Assembly: GCA_963776245.1 (NCBI GenBank)
Contig: CAVZLN010000003.1
Span: forward strand, 736,001-800,000
DNA from: Candidatus Eiseniibacteriota bacterium
Lineage (GTDB): Bacteria; Eisenbacteria; RBG-16-71-46
Direction: 5' to 3'
Length of the DNA stretch: 64,000 bases
Shown here: piece after piece, positions 1-9,524 of the stretch
Numbering within the stretch: the first letter of the stretch is position 1
How the letters are laid out: every line of letters starts with the position of its first letter
The notes under the pieces: model-generated
What the model saw: only the letters and a program-made list of their open reading frames with translations
The model's database searches: none
Told to the model about the DNA's origin: nothing
Made by a program: the position numbers and the translations under genes

Positions 1-132
1 AGCACCGTCGAGGTGCGGCTGGCCCAACACCGCGCCTACGTCGTGTGCGCCCGGGGCGTCCCCGACACCGCCCTGGTCGGCGCCGTGGGCCGGGCGGGCC
101 CGGGATTCCTCGGCGCCGTGGTCGCGCGCTAG
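1..132 (+). CDS. 3' end of a probable heavy-metal-associated (HMA)-like domain protein (truncated by window edge)
   Basis: Frame 1 reads STVEVRLAQHRAYVVCARGVPDTALVGAVGRAGPGFLGAVVAR*, resembling the C-terminal half of an HMA fold; close to a P1B ATPase. Confidence 0.45.
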   Translation, partial: STVEVRLAQHRAYVVCARGVPDTALVGAVGRAGPGFLGAVVAR

Positions 133-178
133 ACGCGGACCGCGCGGCGCTGCCCCGAGACCGCTCGCGCGGTGCGCG

Positions 179-559
179 TCAGTCTTCCCGGGGCAGATTG
201 CGGAACGCGCGCACCGAGCCGCCCAGCGCGACCGCGGGCACCGCGAGCAGCAGCAGCGCCACGTGCCACCAGGTCGGAAGTCCGTCGTGGACCTCGACCA
301 CGGTCGCGATTCCCGCGAGCAGCACCAGCGCCCCGGCGACCAGCGCGTGCGCCACCTCCGCGCGCCGCGCCAGCAGCCCCGTGGTCCAGCCGGCGACGAA
401 CAGGCATGCGACGTCGTAGACCAGCAGGCCGACGAGCGTGGCGAAGTGATGCTCGTCGAACACCTGAGGGAGCAGGCGCGCGAGGGCGAAGTCGGCGACG
501 TACACCAGCGCCAGCGCGAGGAGGAGTCCGGCGGCCACCGCGATGAAGCTTCGGGACAT
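179..559 (-). CDS. small integral membrane protein, ~4 TM helices (126 aa)
   Basis: ATG at 559 preceded by GAGGT SD; four hydrophobic stretches. Confidence 0.7.
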   Translation of the reverse strand: MSRSFIAVAAGLLLALALVYVADFALARLLPQVFDEHHFATLVGLLVYDVACLFVAGWTTGLLARRAEVAHALVAGALVLLAGIATVVEVHDGLPTWWHVALLLLAVPAVALGGSVRAFRNLPRED

Positions 560-685
560 GGACGGCACCTCGGGGCTGCGGGCGGGCATCGGGGGTGACA
601 TTCAGGATAGCATCGTCTCGCGCGGACCGGCGAGCGAGGACGCTGGCTGCGCGCGCCTGTCCGGGGGGCGCGTGGCGCGCGGCTA

Positions 686-694
686 TGCTAGATT
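686..694 (+). promoter_or_regulatory. extended -10 element (TGC-TAGATT), 9 nt before the ATPase start; probable leaderless/short-leader promoter
   Basis: TGnTAnnnT match, no SD before ATG 704. Confidence 0.4.
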
Positions 695-703
695 CGCTCA
701 CTC

Positions 704-3073
704 ATGAGCGCCACCGATCGCCTTTCCCCGGGCGCCACCACGACCACGGACCTCCCGTCTGCCGCCGACGAGGGCTGCCTCGAGATCCTCTCTGACCGTC
801 TGCGCGCCAGTCCGGGCGTGGTCGCGATCGAGGCCGACTTCCGCGGGCACACCCTGACCGTGCGCTACGATCCCGCGCTGGTCGCGCCCGAACAACTCAA
901 CACGCTCGCCGACGACGTGGGAGCGGCCTTCGCGCAGCGCGTGACCACGTGCGAGCGACGCGAGACGCCGGGCGCGTGCGACGAATGCGCGCTGAAGCTC
1001 GCGCACCTGCCCCCGGCCGAGCGCGAGCTGTTCCAGATCACCTCCGATCCCGGCCGGATCGGCCTCGCGCGCCGCACCATCCCCGAGGGCAGCGCGGAGA
1101 TGGTGCGCCCGCTCGCGGCCGGCAAGCCCTGGGGCGCCAGCATGAGCCCGGCCCAGGAGGAGCGCTACGCCGAGGGCCGCGCGATGGGATGGCTCGCGGG
1201 CGGCTGCTTCGCGCTCCTGCTGGCGGGGCTGGCGATGGAATCGGCGAAGCTGCCGGTGGCGTGGCACCACGGCGCCTACATCGCCTCGGCGCTGCTCGGC
1301 TCGTGGTTCGCGGTGCGGGGCACCGTGGAGTCGCTCGCCCGGCTGCGCTTCGACGTGAACCTGCTCATGCTGCTGGCCGCGCTCGGGGCGGGCCTCATCG
1401 GCTACGTCATGGAAGCCGCGGTGCTGATGTTCCTGTTCTCGCTCAGCAACACTCTCGAGGTGTACACCATGGGGCGCACGCGGCGCGCGCTCCACGCGCT
1501 GCTCAAGCTGCGTCCGGCGACCGCGCGGGTGGTGCGCGCGGGCCGCGAGATCGAGGTCCCGGCCGAGACCGTGGCGGTGGGCGAGACCGTCATCGTCAAG
1601 CCGGGAGAGGCCATCCCGGTGGACGGCGAGGTGGTGCTCGGGGAGTCGCTGGTGGACATGAGCAGCCTCACCGGCGAGTCCATGCCGGTGCCGGTGGCGG
1701 CGGGCGGCAAGGTGTACACCGGCACGCTCAACCAGCACGGCTCGATCGAGGTGCGCGCCATCCGGGCCGCCGGCGACACCGCGCTCGCGCGCATCGTCAA
1801 GCTGGTGCAGGAGGCGCAGGAGCAGAAGTCGCGCACCGAGGAGGTCGCCGAGTGGGCGGGGCGCTACTACACCATGGCGGTCATCCTCGGTGCCGCGCTC
1901 ATGATCGTGGTGCCGCCGTACGTGCTCCACCAGGACTTCATGCACTCGTTCTATCGCGCGATGACGCTGCTGGTGGTGGCGTCACCGTGCGCGCTGGTCA
2001 TCGCGACGCCCGCCACCATCTTGTCCGCGATCGCCAACGCGGCGCGTCATGGCGTGCTGTTCAAGGGCGGCCGGTTCATCGAGGCCCTGGCCCGGGTGCG
2101 CACCGTGGCGTTCGACAAGACCGGCACCCTCACCCGCGGCCGCTTCGAGGTCACCGATGTCGAGGCCCTCGAGGGCCTCGACGAGCGCGTGCTGCTGGCG
2201 TGGGCGGCGGGCGCGGAGACCCGTTCGCAGCACCCGCTCGCCCAGGCCGTGGTGCGCGCCGCCGAGCAGCGCGGCGTGGCGTTCGCCCCCGCGAGCCACC
2301 TCACCTCGCACGCGGGCAAGGGCCTGGTGGCGACGCTCGCCGAGGGCAGCGTCGAGATCGGCACGCCCGAGCTGTTCGCGCACCTCGGGACCGCGGTCCC
2401 GGCGGCGGCGATCGAGCGGGTGGAGGCGCTCCGCCGCGAAGGCAAGACCGCGATGATCGTGCGCGGGCCGGGGGGCTGGGGCGTCATCGCCGCGGCCGAC
2501 CAGGTGCGCCCGGTGGCCGCCGCCACCGTCGCGGAGCTGCGCCGCGGCGGCATCCGCCACATCGTGCTGCTGTCGGGCGACAGCGTGCCCACCGTGCAGG
2601 CGATCGCGGCGCGCACCGGAGTGGACGACGCGCGCGGCGCGCTGCTGCCCGAGGACAAGGTTCGCGCGATCGCCGCGCTCGAAGAGCAGGGCGAGCGCGT
2701 GGCGATGGTGGGCGACGGGGTCAACGACGCGCCGGCCCTGGCGCGCGCGTCGGTCGGCATCGCGATGGGTGGCATCGGGAGCGACGCCGCGATGGAGAGC
2801 GCCGACGTCGTGCTCATGAGCGACGACCTGAGCGCCCTGCCCTACGCGGTGCGCCTGTGCCGGCGCGCGCGCGTGGTCGTGATCCAGAACGTCGTCGTCG
2901 CCTCGGGCGTGATGGTGGTGCTGGTGGCGCTGGTGTTCGTGGCGCCGAGTCTCGGGCTCCCCGAGCTGCGGCTGCCGGTGGCGGTCTCGGGCCACGAGGG
3001 CAGCACGGTGGTCGTCATCCTCAACGGTCTGCGTCTGCTCGGATTCCGCCGGCCACGACTGCCGCTCGCGTGA
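704..3073 (+). CDS. heavy-metal translocating P-type ATPase, P1B-4 subgroup (Co/Fe/Zn exporter type)
   Basis: LTGES, DKTGTLT, HP, GDGVNDAP motifs; SPC in TM and HEGST in last TM are P1B-4 signatures; degenerate HMA-like N-terminus. Confidence 0.95.
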   Translation: MSATDRLSPGATTTTDLPSAADEGCLEILSDRLRASPGVVAIEADFRGHTLTVRYDPALVAPEQLNTLADDVGAAFAQRVTTCERRETPGACDECALKLAHLPPAERELFQITSDPGRIGLARRTIPEGSAEMVRPLAAGKPWGASMSPAQEERYAEGRAMGWLAGGCFALLLAGLAMESAKLPVAWHHGAYIASALLGSWFAVRGTVESLARLRFDVNLLMLLAALGAGLIGYVMEAAVLMFLFSLSNTLEVYTMGRTRRALHALLKLRPATARVVRAGREIEVPAETVAVGETVIVKPGEAIPVDGEVVLGESLVDMSSLTGESMPVPVAAGGKVYTGTLNQHGSIEVRAIRAAGDTALARIVKLVQEAQEQKSRTEEVAEWAGRYYTMAVILGAALMIVVPPYVLHQDFMHSFYRAMTLLVVASPCALVIATPATILSAIANAARHGVLFKGGRFIEALARVRTVAFDKTGTLTRGRFEVTDVEALEGLDERVLLAWAAGAETRSQHPLAQAVVRAAEQRGVAFAPASHLTSHAGKGLVATLAEGSVEIGTPELFAHLGTAVPAAAIERVEALRREGKTAMIVRGPGGWGVIAAADQVRPVAAATVAELRRGGIRHIVLLSGDSVPTVQAIAARTGVDDARGALLPEDKVRAIAALEEQGERVAMVGDGVNDAPALARASVGIAMGGIGSDAAMESADVVLMSDDLSALPYAVRLCRRARVVVIQNVVVASGVMVVLVALVFVAPSLGLPELRLPVAVSGHEGSTVVVILNGLRLLGFRRPRLPLA

Positions 3074-3083
3074 GCGGCGCGGG

Positions 3084-3743
3084 TCACTCGAGCGGGGTCA
3101 CCAACACGTTGTCGTAGTACACCGTGCACTCGCCGACCCCGCCGGTGTACGCGGGCAGCGCGATGCGGCCATGCGCGCCCGGGTCCTTGCGGTCGCCGCG
3201 TCCGAGCACGGCCGCGCCGTCGAGCCACACGCGATACGAACCTCCGCGGCATTCGACCCGGAGGTGGTGCCAGATGCCGTTCCCGTTCGGCGCCCGGGCG
3301 CGCCCCATCGGGATCTCGCGCCGGTACAGGAGCACGTCCTGGTAGCCGGGGCCGCGCAGATCCACGGCGACGCCCGACACGCCCTTCACGTGGACCGCCA
3401 CGCCCTTGTCCACGCCGCGGATCTGGCACACATCGAGGTCCACCGCGTAGTCGCCCCATTGCTCGGAACCGGCGTACGCGAAGGATCGCGACTGGCGCGC
3501 GTCCGGCAGATCAGCACACAGCGCGCCCCAGCGCACCGACCACACGCTGTCGCGGTCGAACGTCCAGCGCGCGGATCCCGCCGAGAAGTCGTCGAAGAAC
3601 AGGGCGTCGTCGGGCACCCGGGGCGGGCGCGGCGGGGGCGGAGGCATCACCAGGCGCGCGGCCTCGCCGGCGCCGGCCCCGCACAGCAGGAGGGCGAGCG
3701 CGAGCGCGGCGAGCCGGGCCCCGGGACGCGATGTGGTCGACAC
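3084..3743 (-). CDS. secreted DUF1080/concanavalin-like beta-sandwich protein
   Basis: Signal peptide; LFFDDF, WGDYAV, WHHLRVEC, GRIAL, YYDNVLV pattern. Confidence 0.65.
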   Translation of the reverse strand: MSTTSRPGARLAALALALLLCGAGAGEAARLVMPPPPPRPPRVPDDALFFDDFSAGSARWTFDRDSVWSVRWGALCADLPDARQSRSFAYAGSEQWGDYAVDLDVCQIRGVDKGVAVHVKGVSGVAVDLRGPGYQDVLLYRREIPMGRARAPNGNGIWHHLRVECRGGSYRVWLDGAAVLGRGDRKDPGAHGRIALPAYTGGVGECTVYYDNVLVTPLE

Positions 3744-3776
3744 GGGGTCACTCTACCAGAGGGAGTGGTGCGCCGG

Positions 3777-5525
3777 TCAGAACCGCACGCTGAGTCCGGC
3801 GTACTCCTGGTCCACGTGCTCGATCTGTCCGACGGTGTGCTCCCACGAGATGGAGAACAGCATCCGCCTCATCAGGCTCAGGTCGAGATCGGTGTTGGTC
3901 CACACCGCCCGGTCGCGGGTGCCGGCCAGCACGTCGAGGGTGGTGCGCGTGCCGCCCCCGAGCTCGAGGTGCGAGCCGCCGAGGGGGTCGATCCCGAGCC
4001 CGAAGGCCACCAGCTCGGAGCGCGACGCGGGCGAGTCCGAACGCGAGTAACGGGAGCGCAGCCGGCCGTTCACGCGGGCCAGGCGCATCACTTCGCCACT
4101 CGCCGACCAGGCGTTGGCGCGGTCCCTCGATCCGCCCATGCTGCGCGCGTCCCCCGCGAAGCGCACGTGCGTCCCCATGTCGAGCGAGGCGCCGACCCAG
4201 CCGCCCTCGCGGAAGCGGTCGTCGAATGCGGTCTCGGGCGTCTCGCGGTCGCGGTAGAGGCGCACGTTGCGGCGGCCGTCGTACCCGCCGTTGATCGACA
4301 GGCCTTCGGCGGGGATCAGGTTCACGGTCGCGAACGTGCTGGTGAGCGAGAGCGCCGCACCGCTCGAGTCGCGCTTCCAGCCCCGCAGGATGTCGGCCTC
4401 CTGTGCCATCGAGAACGACACCACCGGATCGTTGTACATCGCCTGCACGAACACGAAGTCGCGGTTGACCTGGCCGCGGGCGGTCGAGGTCACGCCGCCG
4501 ACCGCCGTGGACCACCGCCTCACCGCCAGCGGCGCCTGGTGGACTTCGAGGAAGGCGCCACTCTGCATCACGTCCTGGGACATCGTGAGGCGCACCGGAT
4601 CGGGCTGGGTGCCGCCGAAGGCGCCGAGCGTCATGCGCTTCGAGCCCCACTCGGCGAGCGCGCCATCGAACAGGCTCACCGAGGAGAGCAGGGGCGACGC
4701 CTGCCGCCCGAGCGTGAAGCGATAGCGGGCGCCGAAGTCGTGCAGCGACGCGGCGAGCCGGTAGACGCGGGTCGAGGACTCGATCGCGTTGATCCCAGTG
4801 GAGAGGCTCCGCGTGGTGCGGCGTCCGCGCACGTCGGCCAGCAGATCGACCGGCAGCCCGGCGGCATTGACCGCTTCGAACCGGGCGTCGAGCGCCGGCT
4901 GGGTCATCCGGCCGGCCTCGCGGCTCTGGATGGCGAGCAGGCGCATCCCGAGCCGGCCGCGCATGCGCGAGGACCGCGCCCGCGGCGGATTGGCGATCAG
5001 CACGGTCGCGGCCGGGGGCATCACCTTGCCGGTCGCGGCCAGCGGGACGATCGCGGCATCCTTGCCGGGCACCGGGGCGGCCGCCACCGGGGGGCCCGGG
5101 TCGAGGCGTGGCACGAAGCGGGCGATGTCGTCGACGCGCGGCATCGGGCTGCCGGGCAGCACCCCGCACGCGGCGCGATGGGAGGAGAGGTCGGTGACGA
5201 GCAAGCGCGTCACGGTCGAGCCATCGCGCCACACCACGAGGGTGTCGCCCGAGTGGAGGCCCTCGACGCGGCCGGCGTCGATGTACACCGAACCGCCGGT
5301 GACGTAGGTCACGTGGCCGGTTCCGGGAGGCGGAGCGTTCGCCGTCACGGCCTTCACGGGCACGGGCCTGGCCGGCGCGGCCACGGCCGGAGCGCTCGCC
5401 GTCACGACGGGCCGCGCCGCTGGCGCGCTGGTCGCAGCCGGGGCCGTGGCCCCCCGGGCGGCCCCCGCCGCCCCGAGGGCGGCGAGAGCGAGCGTGGCGA
5501 GGATGCGGATGACGCGGGTGGTCAT
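3777..5525 (-). CDS. outer-membrane beta-barrel (porin-like) protein with N-terminal FlgT-C-like domain (582 aa)
   Basis: Start ATG 5525, 2 nt after the cytochrome stop; signal peptide, Pro/Ala linkers, amphipathic beta-strands, C-terminal YAGLSVRF beta-signal with terminal Phe. Confidence 0.8.
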   Translation of the reverse strand: MTTRVIRILATLALAALGAAGAARGATAPAATSAPAARPVVTASAPAVAAPARPVPVKAVTANAPPPGTGHVTYVTGGSVYIDAGRVEGLHSGDTLVVWRDGSTVTRLLVTDLSSHRAACGVLPGSPMPRVDDIARFVPRLDPGPPVAAAPVPGKDAAIVPLAATGKVMPPAATVLIANPPRARSSRMRGRLGMRLLAIQSREAGRMTQPALDARFEAVNAAGLPVDLLADVRGRRTTRSLSTGINAIESSTRVYRLAASLHDFGARYRFTLGRQASPLLSSVSLFDGALAEWGSKRMTLGAFGGTQPDPVRLTMSQDVMQSGAFLEVHQAPLAVRRWSTAVGGVTSTARGQVNRDFVFVQAMYNDPVVSFSMAQEADILRGWKRDSSGAALSLTSTFATVNLIPAEGLSINGGYDGRRNVRLYRDRETPETAFDDRFREGGWVGASLDMGTHVRFAGDARSMGGSRDRANAWSASGEVMRLARVNGRLRSRYSRSDSPASRSELVAFGLGIDPLGGSHLELGGGTRTTLDVLAGTRDRAVWTNTDLDLSLMRRMLFSISWEHTVGQIEHVDQEYAGLSVRF

Positions 5526-5527
5526 CT

Positions 5528-7705
5528 TCACACTCCCCGGTGGCACGAGTAGCAAGCGCTGCTGACGTAGGAGTAACCCGAATTGCCGGAATGCTTGTTG
5601 TCGGTCGTGGACTTGGCGTGGCAGCCCAGGCAGTTGAACTGCCCGTAGTTCGACGGCACATTGTGACAATCGGCGCACAGGTCCCAGCGTCCATTGTGCT
5701 TGCCGCTGTAGATCTTGAAGTACGGCGTGTCGTGGTTGATCCGCGCCCCCGCCCAACCTGTCGTGTTATGGCAACTGGTGCAGGTGGTCGAGATCCCGGC
5801 ACCCGGGTGGTTGGGGTCCACCGCGGTGTTGAAGTCGTTCAAGTGACACGACACGCACGCCGTGCTCTTGCCCGCGTACACGCCATCGCTGTGGCAGCCG
5901 GAGCACGCCGTCGTCAGGTGCGCGCCGGTGAGCGGGAACGCGGTGGTCGAGTGATCGAAGCTCGCGCCCGCCCACGAGGCGGTGCTGTGGCAGCTGTTGC
6001 ACGTGGTGGGATAGCTCGGCAGCGTATGCTTGGGATCCGTGGTGCCGTTGTAGTCCGCGACGTGGCACGAGTAGCAGAGCGTGCTCTTGCCCTGGTACAC
6101 GCCGTCGCCGTGGCATCCGGAGCACGCCGCCGTGAGGTGCGCCCCGGTGAGCGGGAACGCCGTCGCCGAGTGGTTGAACGTGGCGCCCGCCCACGCGGCC
6201 GTGGTGTGGCAGGTCGTGCACGTCGTCGGGAAGCTGGGCAGCGTGTGCTTGGGGTTCGTGGTGCCGTTGTAGTCCGTCACATGGCAGGAGTAGCAGTCCG
6301 TCGGCTTGCCCTTGTACACGCCATCGCCGTGGCAGCCGCCGCAGGCCACGGTGAGGTGCGCCCCGGTGAGCGGGAACGCCGTCGCCGAGTGACTGAACGT
6401 GGCGCCCGCCCACGCGGTGGTGTTGTGGCAGCTCGTGCACGTGGTCGGGAAGCTGGGCAGCGAATGCTTCGGATTCGTGGTGCCGTTGTAGTCCGTCACG
6501 TGGCAGCTGTAGCAGTCCGTGGACTTGCCCTTGTACACCCCGTCACCGTGGCAGGCGGTGCACGCCGCCGCGCGGTGGGCGCCGGTGAGCGGGAAGGCGG
6601 TCTTCGAGTGGTCGATGGTCGCGCCCGCCCACGCGGTGGTGTTGTGGCAGTTCGTGCAGGTCGTCGCGAAACTGGGCAGCGTGTGCTTGGGGCTGGTCGT
6701 GGTGTTGTAGTCCGTCACGTGACAGGTGTAGCAGAGCGTGCTCTTGCCCTTGTACACGCCGTCGCCGTGGCAGGCGGTGCACGCGGTCGCGCGGTGCGCG
6801 CCGGTCAGCGGGAACGCCGACGCCGAGTGGTCGAACACCGCGCCGGTCCACGCCGTGGTGGTGTGACAGGTCGTGCACGTGACCGGGAACCCGGCCGCGG
6901 CGTGGGCCGGACTGGTGGTGCCGTTGTAGTCGGCCTGATGGCACGATACGCAGTCTTTCGAGGTCCCCTTGTACACGTTGTTCTTGTGGCACGAGATGCA
7001 CGCCACGGCCTTGTGCGCGCCGGTCAGCGGGAAGGCCGACGCCGCGTGATCGAAGCGCGCCGAATGCCAGCCGAGCGCGGTGTGACACAGCGAACAGTCG
7101 GTGGAGAAGCCGGCGCTGTGGTCCGGGTCCTTGGTGGCGCGGAAATCGGCCATGTGGCAGTCGGCGCACGCCGCCCGCGTGCCCACGAACTGCATCTTGC
7201 CCGAGGCCGCGGGCCGGTGACAGCTCTGGCAATCCAGCCCCGCGTGTCCGCCCACGAGCGGGAAGCGCGTGGTCTGGTGCAGCCGCCGCATCGCGGTCAT
7301 GTCGGTGAACGAGCGGGCGTTGTGGCAGCGCTGGCAATCGGTGCCCATCTCGCCGCGATGGATGTCCTCGTGGCACGACTTGCAGTTCATCTTGCTCTGC
7401 TTGAACTCGAGCGTGGCGTGGCAGCCCAGGCAGTTCGCCGCCGCGTGCGCGCCTTCGAGCGGGAAGCCGGAGCGGGCGCCGTGGTCGAACTTCCGGCTCA
7501 CCTTCGCCGGCAGCCAGGCCTCCGCCCGGTGACACATGCCGCAGTCCTCGCGGAACTCGCCATGGGGGTTCTCCCAGCGCTTCACGGTCTCGGCGAACGA
7601 GCGCGCGCCGAGCACGAGCAGCGGCGACAGCACCAGCAGCGCCACCAGCACGCGCGCCACGGCGCGGTGCCGCGGCGATCCGGCTTCATTCAGGTGTCGA
7701 GGCAT
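5528..7705 (-). CDS. multiheme cytochrome c, 28 CxxCH motifs (725 aa)
   Basis: 28 CxxCH counted manually; ATG 7705 with GGAGG SD; Sec signal peptide; 73-aa triheme repeats. Confidence 0.95.
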   Translation of the reverse strand: MPRHLNEAGSPRHRAVARVLVALLVLSPLLVLGARSFAETVKRWENPHGEFREDCGMCHRAEAWLPAKVSRKFDHGARSGFPLEGAHAAANCLGCHATLEFKQSKMNCKSCHEDIHRGEMGTDCQRCHNARSFTDMTAMRRLHQTTRFPLVGGHAGLDCQSCHRPAASGKMQFVGTRAACADCHMADFRATKDPDHSAGFSTDCSLCHTALGWHSARFDHAASAFPLTGAHKAVACISCHKNNVYKGTSKDCVSCHQADYNGTTSPAHAAAGFPVTCTTCHTTTAWTGAVFDHSASAFPLTGAHRATACTACHGDGVYKGKSTLCYTCHVTDYNTTTSPKHTLPSFATTCTNCHNTTAWAGATIDHSKTAFPLTGAHRAAACTACHGDGVYKGKSTDCYSCHVTDYNGTTNPKHSLPSFPTTCTSCHNTTAWAGATFSHSATAFPLTGAHLTVACGGCHGDGVYKGKPTDCYSCHVTDYNGTTNPKHTLPSFPTTCTTCHTTAAWAGATFNHSATAFPLTGAHLTAACSGCHGDGVYQGKSTLCYSCHVADYNGTTDPKHTLPSYPTTCNSCHSTASWAGASFDHSTTAFPLTGAHLTTACSGCHSDGVYAGKSTACVSCHLNDFNTAVDPNHPGAGISTTCTSCHNTTGWAGARINHDTPYFKIYSGKHNGRWDLCADCHNVPSNYGQFNCLGCHAKSTTDNKHSGNSGYSYVSSACYSCHRGV
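5720..7033 (-). repeat. six tandem 219-bp (73-aa) intragenic triheme repeats
   Basis: FPLTGAH codons recur every 219 nt (5938, 6157, 6376, 6595, 6814, 7033). Confidence 0.9.
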
Positions 7706-9524
7706 GGCGAACCTCCCGATTGGAGAGGAGGGTGAGGACCCCGCGCGTGGGAACCGCGGCGTCACGGTAGGACGTGCGCTTCAACGGGGCGATTCCGGGC
7801 GCATGGCAGGCTTCGCAATGCGTCGGCACTCCCCGGTACGGAACATACGTCGAGTCCCCGCGCTTCTCGGGGCGATGGCATCCGGCGCACGCCACGCGGG
7901 CGTGGGCGCCGTCGAGCTTGAACGCGGCGTCGCGGTTGTGGACGAAGCGCTCGGCCGGCACGAAGTGGTCGGTGGTGTGACAGCCCTGGCAGGCGCCCTT
8001 GTCCTTGCGCGGGACGAACTGACCGGCATGGATGTCGGTGTGGCATTCGATGCAGGCCGAGCGCGCCTGGGCGAAGCGCAGGGGCCGCGCGGTCCTGGCC
8101 GCCGCCGCCAGCGTGGACGGCGTGGGCGCGGCCTTGAGCTCGGCGTGGCAGGCCACGCACGGCGTCGCGCGGTGCCCGCCCTCGAGCGGGAAGGTCGTCT
8201 GGGCGTGCAGCGACGGGTCGAGCAGCGAGGGACGGAACGCCGAGGCGGTGTGGCAGGCGAGGCATTCCTTGGCGCGCGCCCGCGCGCCGCCCGCGGCGAA
8301 CCGGCCGTCGTGCGGGTCGCGGTGGCAGTCCACGCAGCGGGCGTACGCGGGCCGCAGGAGCATGCGCGCCGTGCCGTAGCGCGCCACGGTGCTCTCGGGC
8401 TGCTGGCTGTGGCACAGCACGCAGTCCGTGGTGGCGTGCCGCCCCTGGAGCGGGTAGGCCGAGGTCTGGTGCGACGCCAGCGTGTAGGTCGGCTTGTCGA
8501 AGCCGGCGACGCTGTGGCACGAGGCGCAGTCCACGACCTTGCCCGCGAGCGTCGCGGTTCCCGCGTGGGCGTCCTTGTGGCAGTCGGTGCAGGCCGCGAA
8601 CTTCGGTTTCTGGCCCCACGCGGTCTTCGGATCGTGGCACTTGGCGCAGGTGACGCTGGCGTGCTTCCCGCGCAACGGGTAGCGCGTCTTCTCGTGGTCG
8701 AAGCCCTTGGGATCGATCGACGCGAACGACTCCGTGCGGTGGCACGAGGCGCAGTTCTTCTGGAAGCGACCGTTGTGCGGATCCTTGTGACAGGGGGTGC
8801 AGTCCCGGTGCGGGAGCGGCTTCCACTGGGCCAGCAGCGCTCCCTTCGCGTCGTGCGCGGTCGCGAACTGGGGCATCAGGTGGCACTTCTCGCACGCCAG
8901 CGGGAGGTGCTTGCCAGTGAGCGGGTAGTCGGTCTTCGCGTGGTCGAAGCCCCCGGCCGGCTTCCAGCCGAGGTCGCTGTGGCAGTGCGCGCAGTCCTTG
9001 CCGAGCTGGCCACGGTGGAAATCGGCGTGGCACGCGGCGCAGTCGGTCTCGAGGCCCATCCACGACTTCGTGTGGTCCTTCTTCTTGACCAGGGCCGTGA
9101 CGCGCGAGCGCTGGTTCTTCGGTTGATGGCACTTCGCGCATTCCAGTCCCGCGTGCTTGCCGGACAGCACGAAGCCGGCGCGCGCGTGGTCGAACTTCTC
9201 GGGGGCCCCTTCGTCCCACTTCACCAGCGCGAAGTCCTTCCCGCCGTGCTCCGGGTGGCACTTTGCGCACGCGCCCTTGGCGTCGCGCGAATGGAGGCCC
9301 CGCCCGTGCGCCTTCATCCAATCCACCTCTTTGTGGCAGGCGAGACAGCGGTCGTCCATCGGGCCCTGCTGGCCGTGCGGGTGGCACTGGAAGCACTGCG
9401 TCGGCCCGTCGAATTCCCGGTGCGCGGCGGACAGCTGTCCGGGCGACAGCTGAGCGCGCGCAGGCTCCGCGCCGAGGAGCGCGGTGCCGAGCAGGAGGAG
9501 CGAGAGCGTGCGGGCATGGCGCAT
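7686..9524 (-). CDS. multiheme cytochrome c, 20 CxxCH motifs (612 aa)
   Basis: 20 CxxCH counted manually; ATG 9524 overlaps upstream TGA (TGATG); signal peptide ending ARA-Q; FDH...PLxGxH repeats. Confidence 0.95.
   Translation of the reverse strand: MRHARTLSLLLLGTALLGAEPARAQLSPGQLSAAHREFDGPTQCFQCHPHGQQGPMDDRCLACHKEVDWMKAHGRGLHSRDAKGACAKCHPEHGGKDFALVKWDEGAPEKFDHARAGFVLSGKHAGLECAKCHQPKNQRSRVTALVKKKDHTKSWMGLETDCAACHADFHRGQLGKDCAHCHSDLGWKPAGGFDHAKTDYPLTGKHLPLACEKCHLMPQFATAHDAKGALLAQWKPLPHRDCTPCHKDPHNGRFQKNCASCHRTESFASIDPKGFDHEKTRYPLRGKHASVTCAKCHDPKTAWGQKPKFAACTDCHKDAHAGTATLAGKVVDCASCHSVAGFDKPTYTLASHQTSAYPLQGRHATTDCVLCHSQQPESTVARYGTARMLLRPAYARCVDCHRDPHDGRFAAGGARARAKECLACHTASAFRPSLLDPSLHAQTTFPLEGGHRATPCVACHAELKAAPTPSTLAAAARTARPLRFAQARSACIECHTDIHAGQFVPRKDKGACQGCHTTDHFVPAERFVHNRDAAFKLDGAHARVACAGCHRPEKRGDSTYVPYRGVPTHCEACHAPGIAPLKRTSYRDAAVPTRGVLTLLSNREVRHASTPE

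Noticed and set aside
5720..7033. Regular repeats as a possible CRISPR array
   Set aside because: 219-bp in-frame coding repeats without unique spacers; no cas genes
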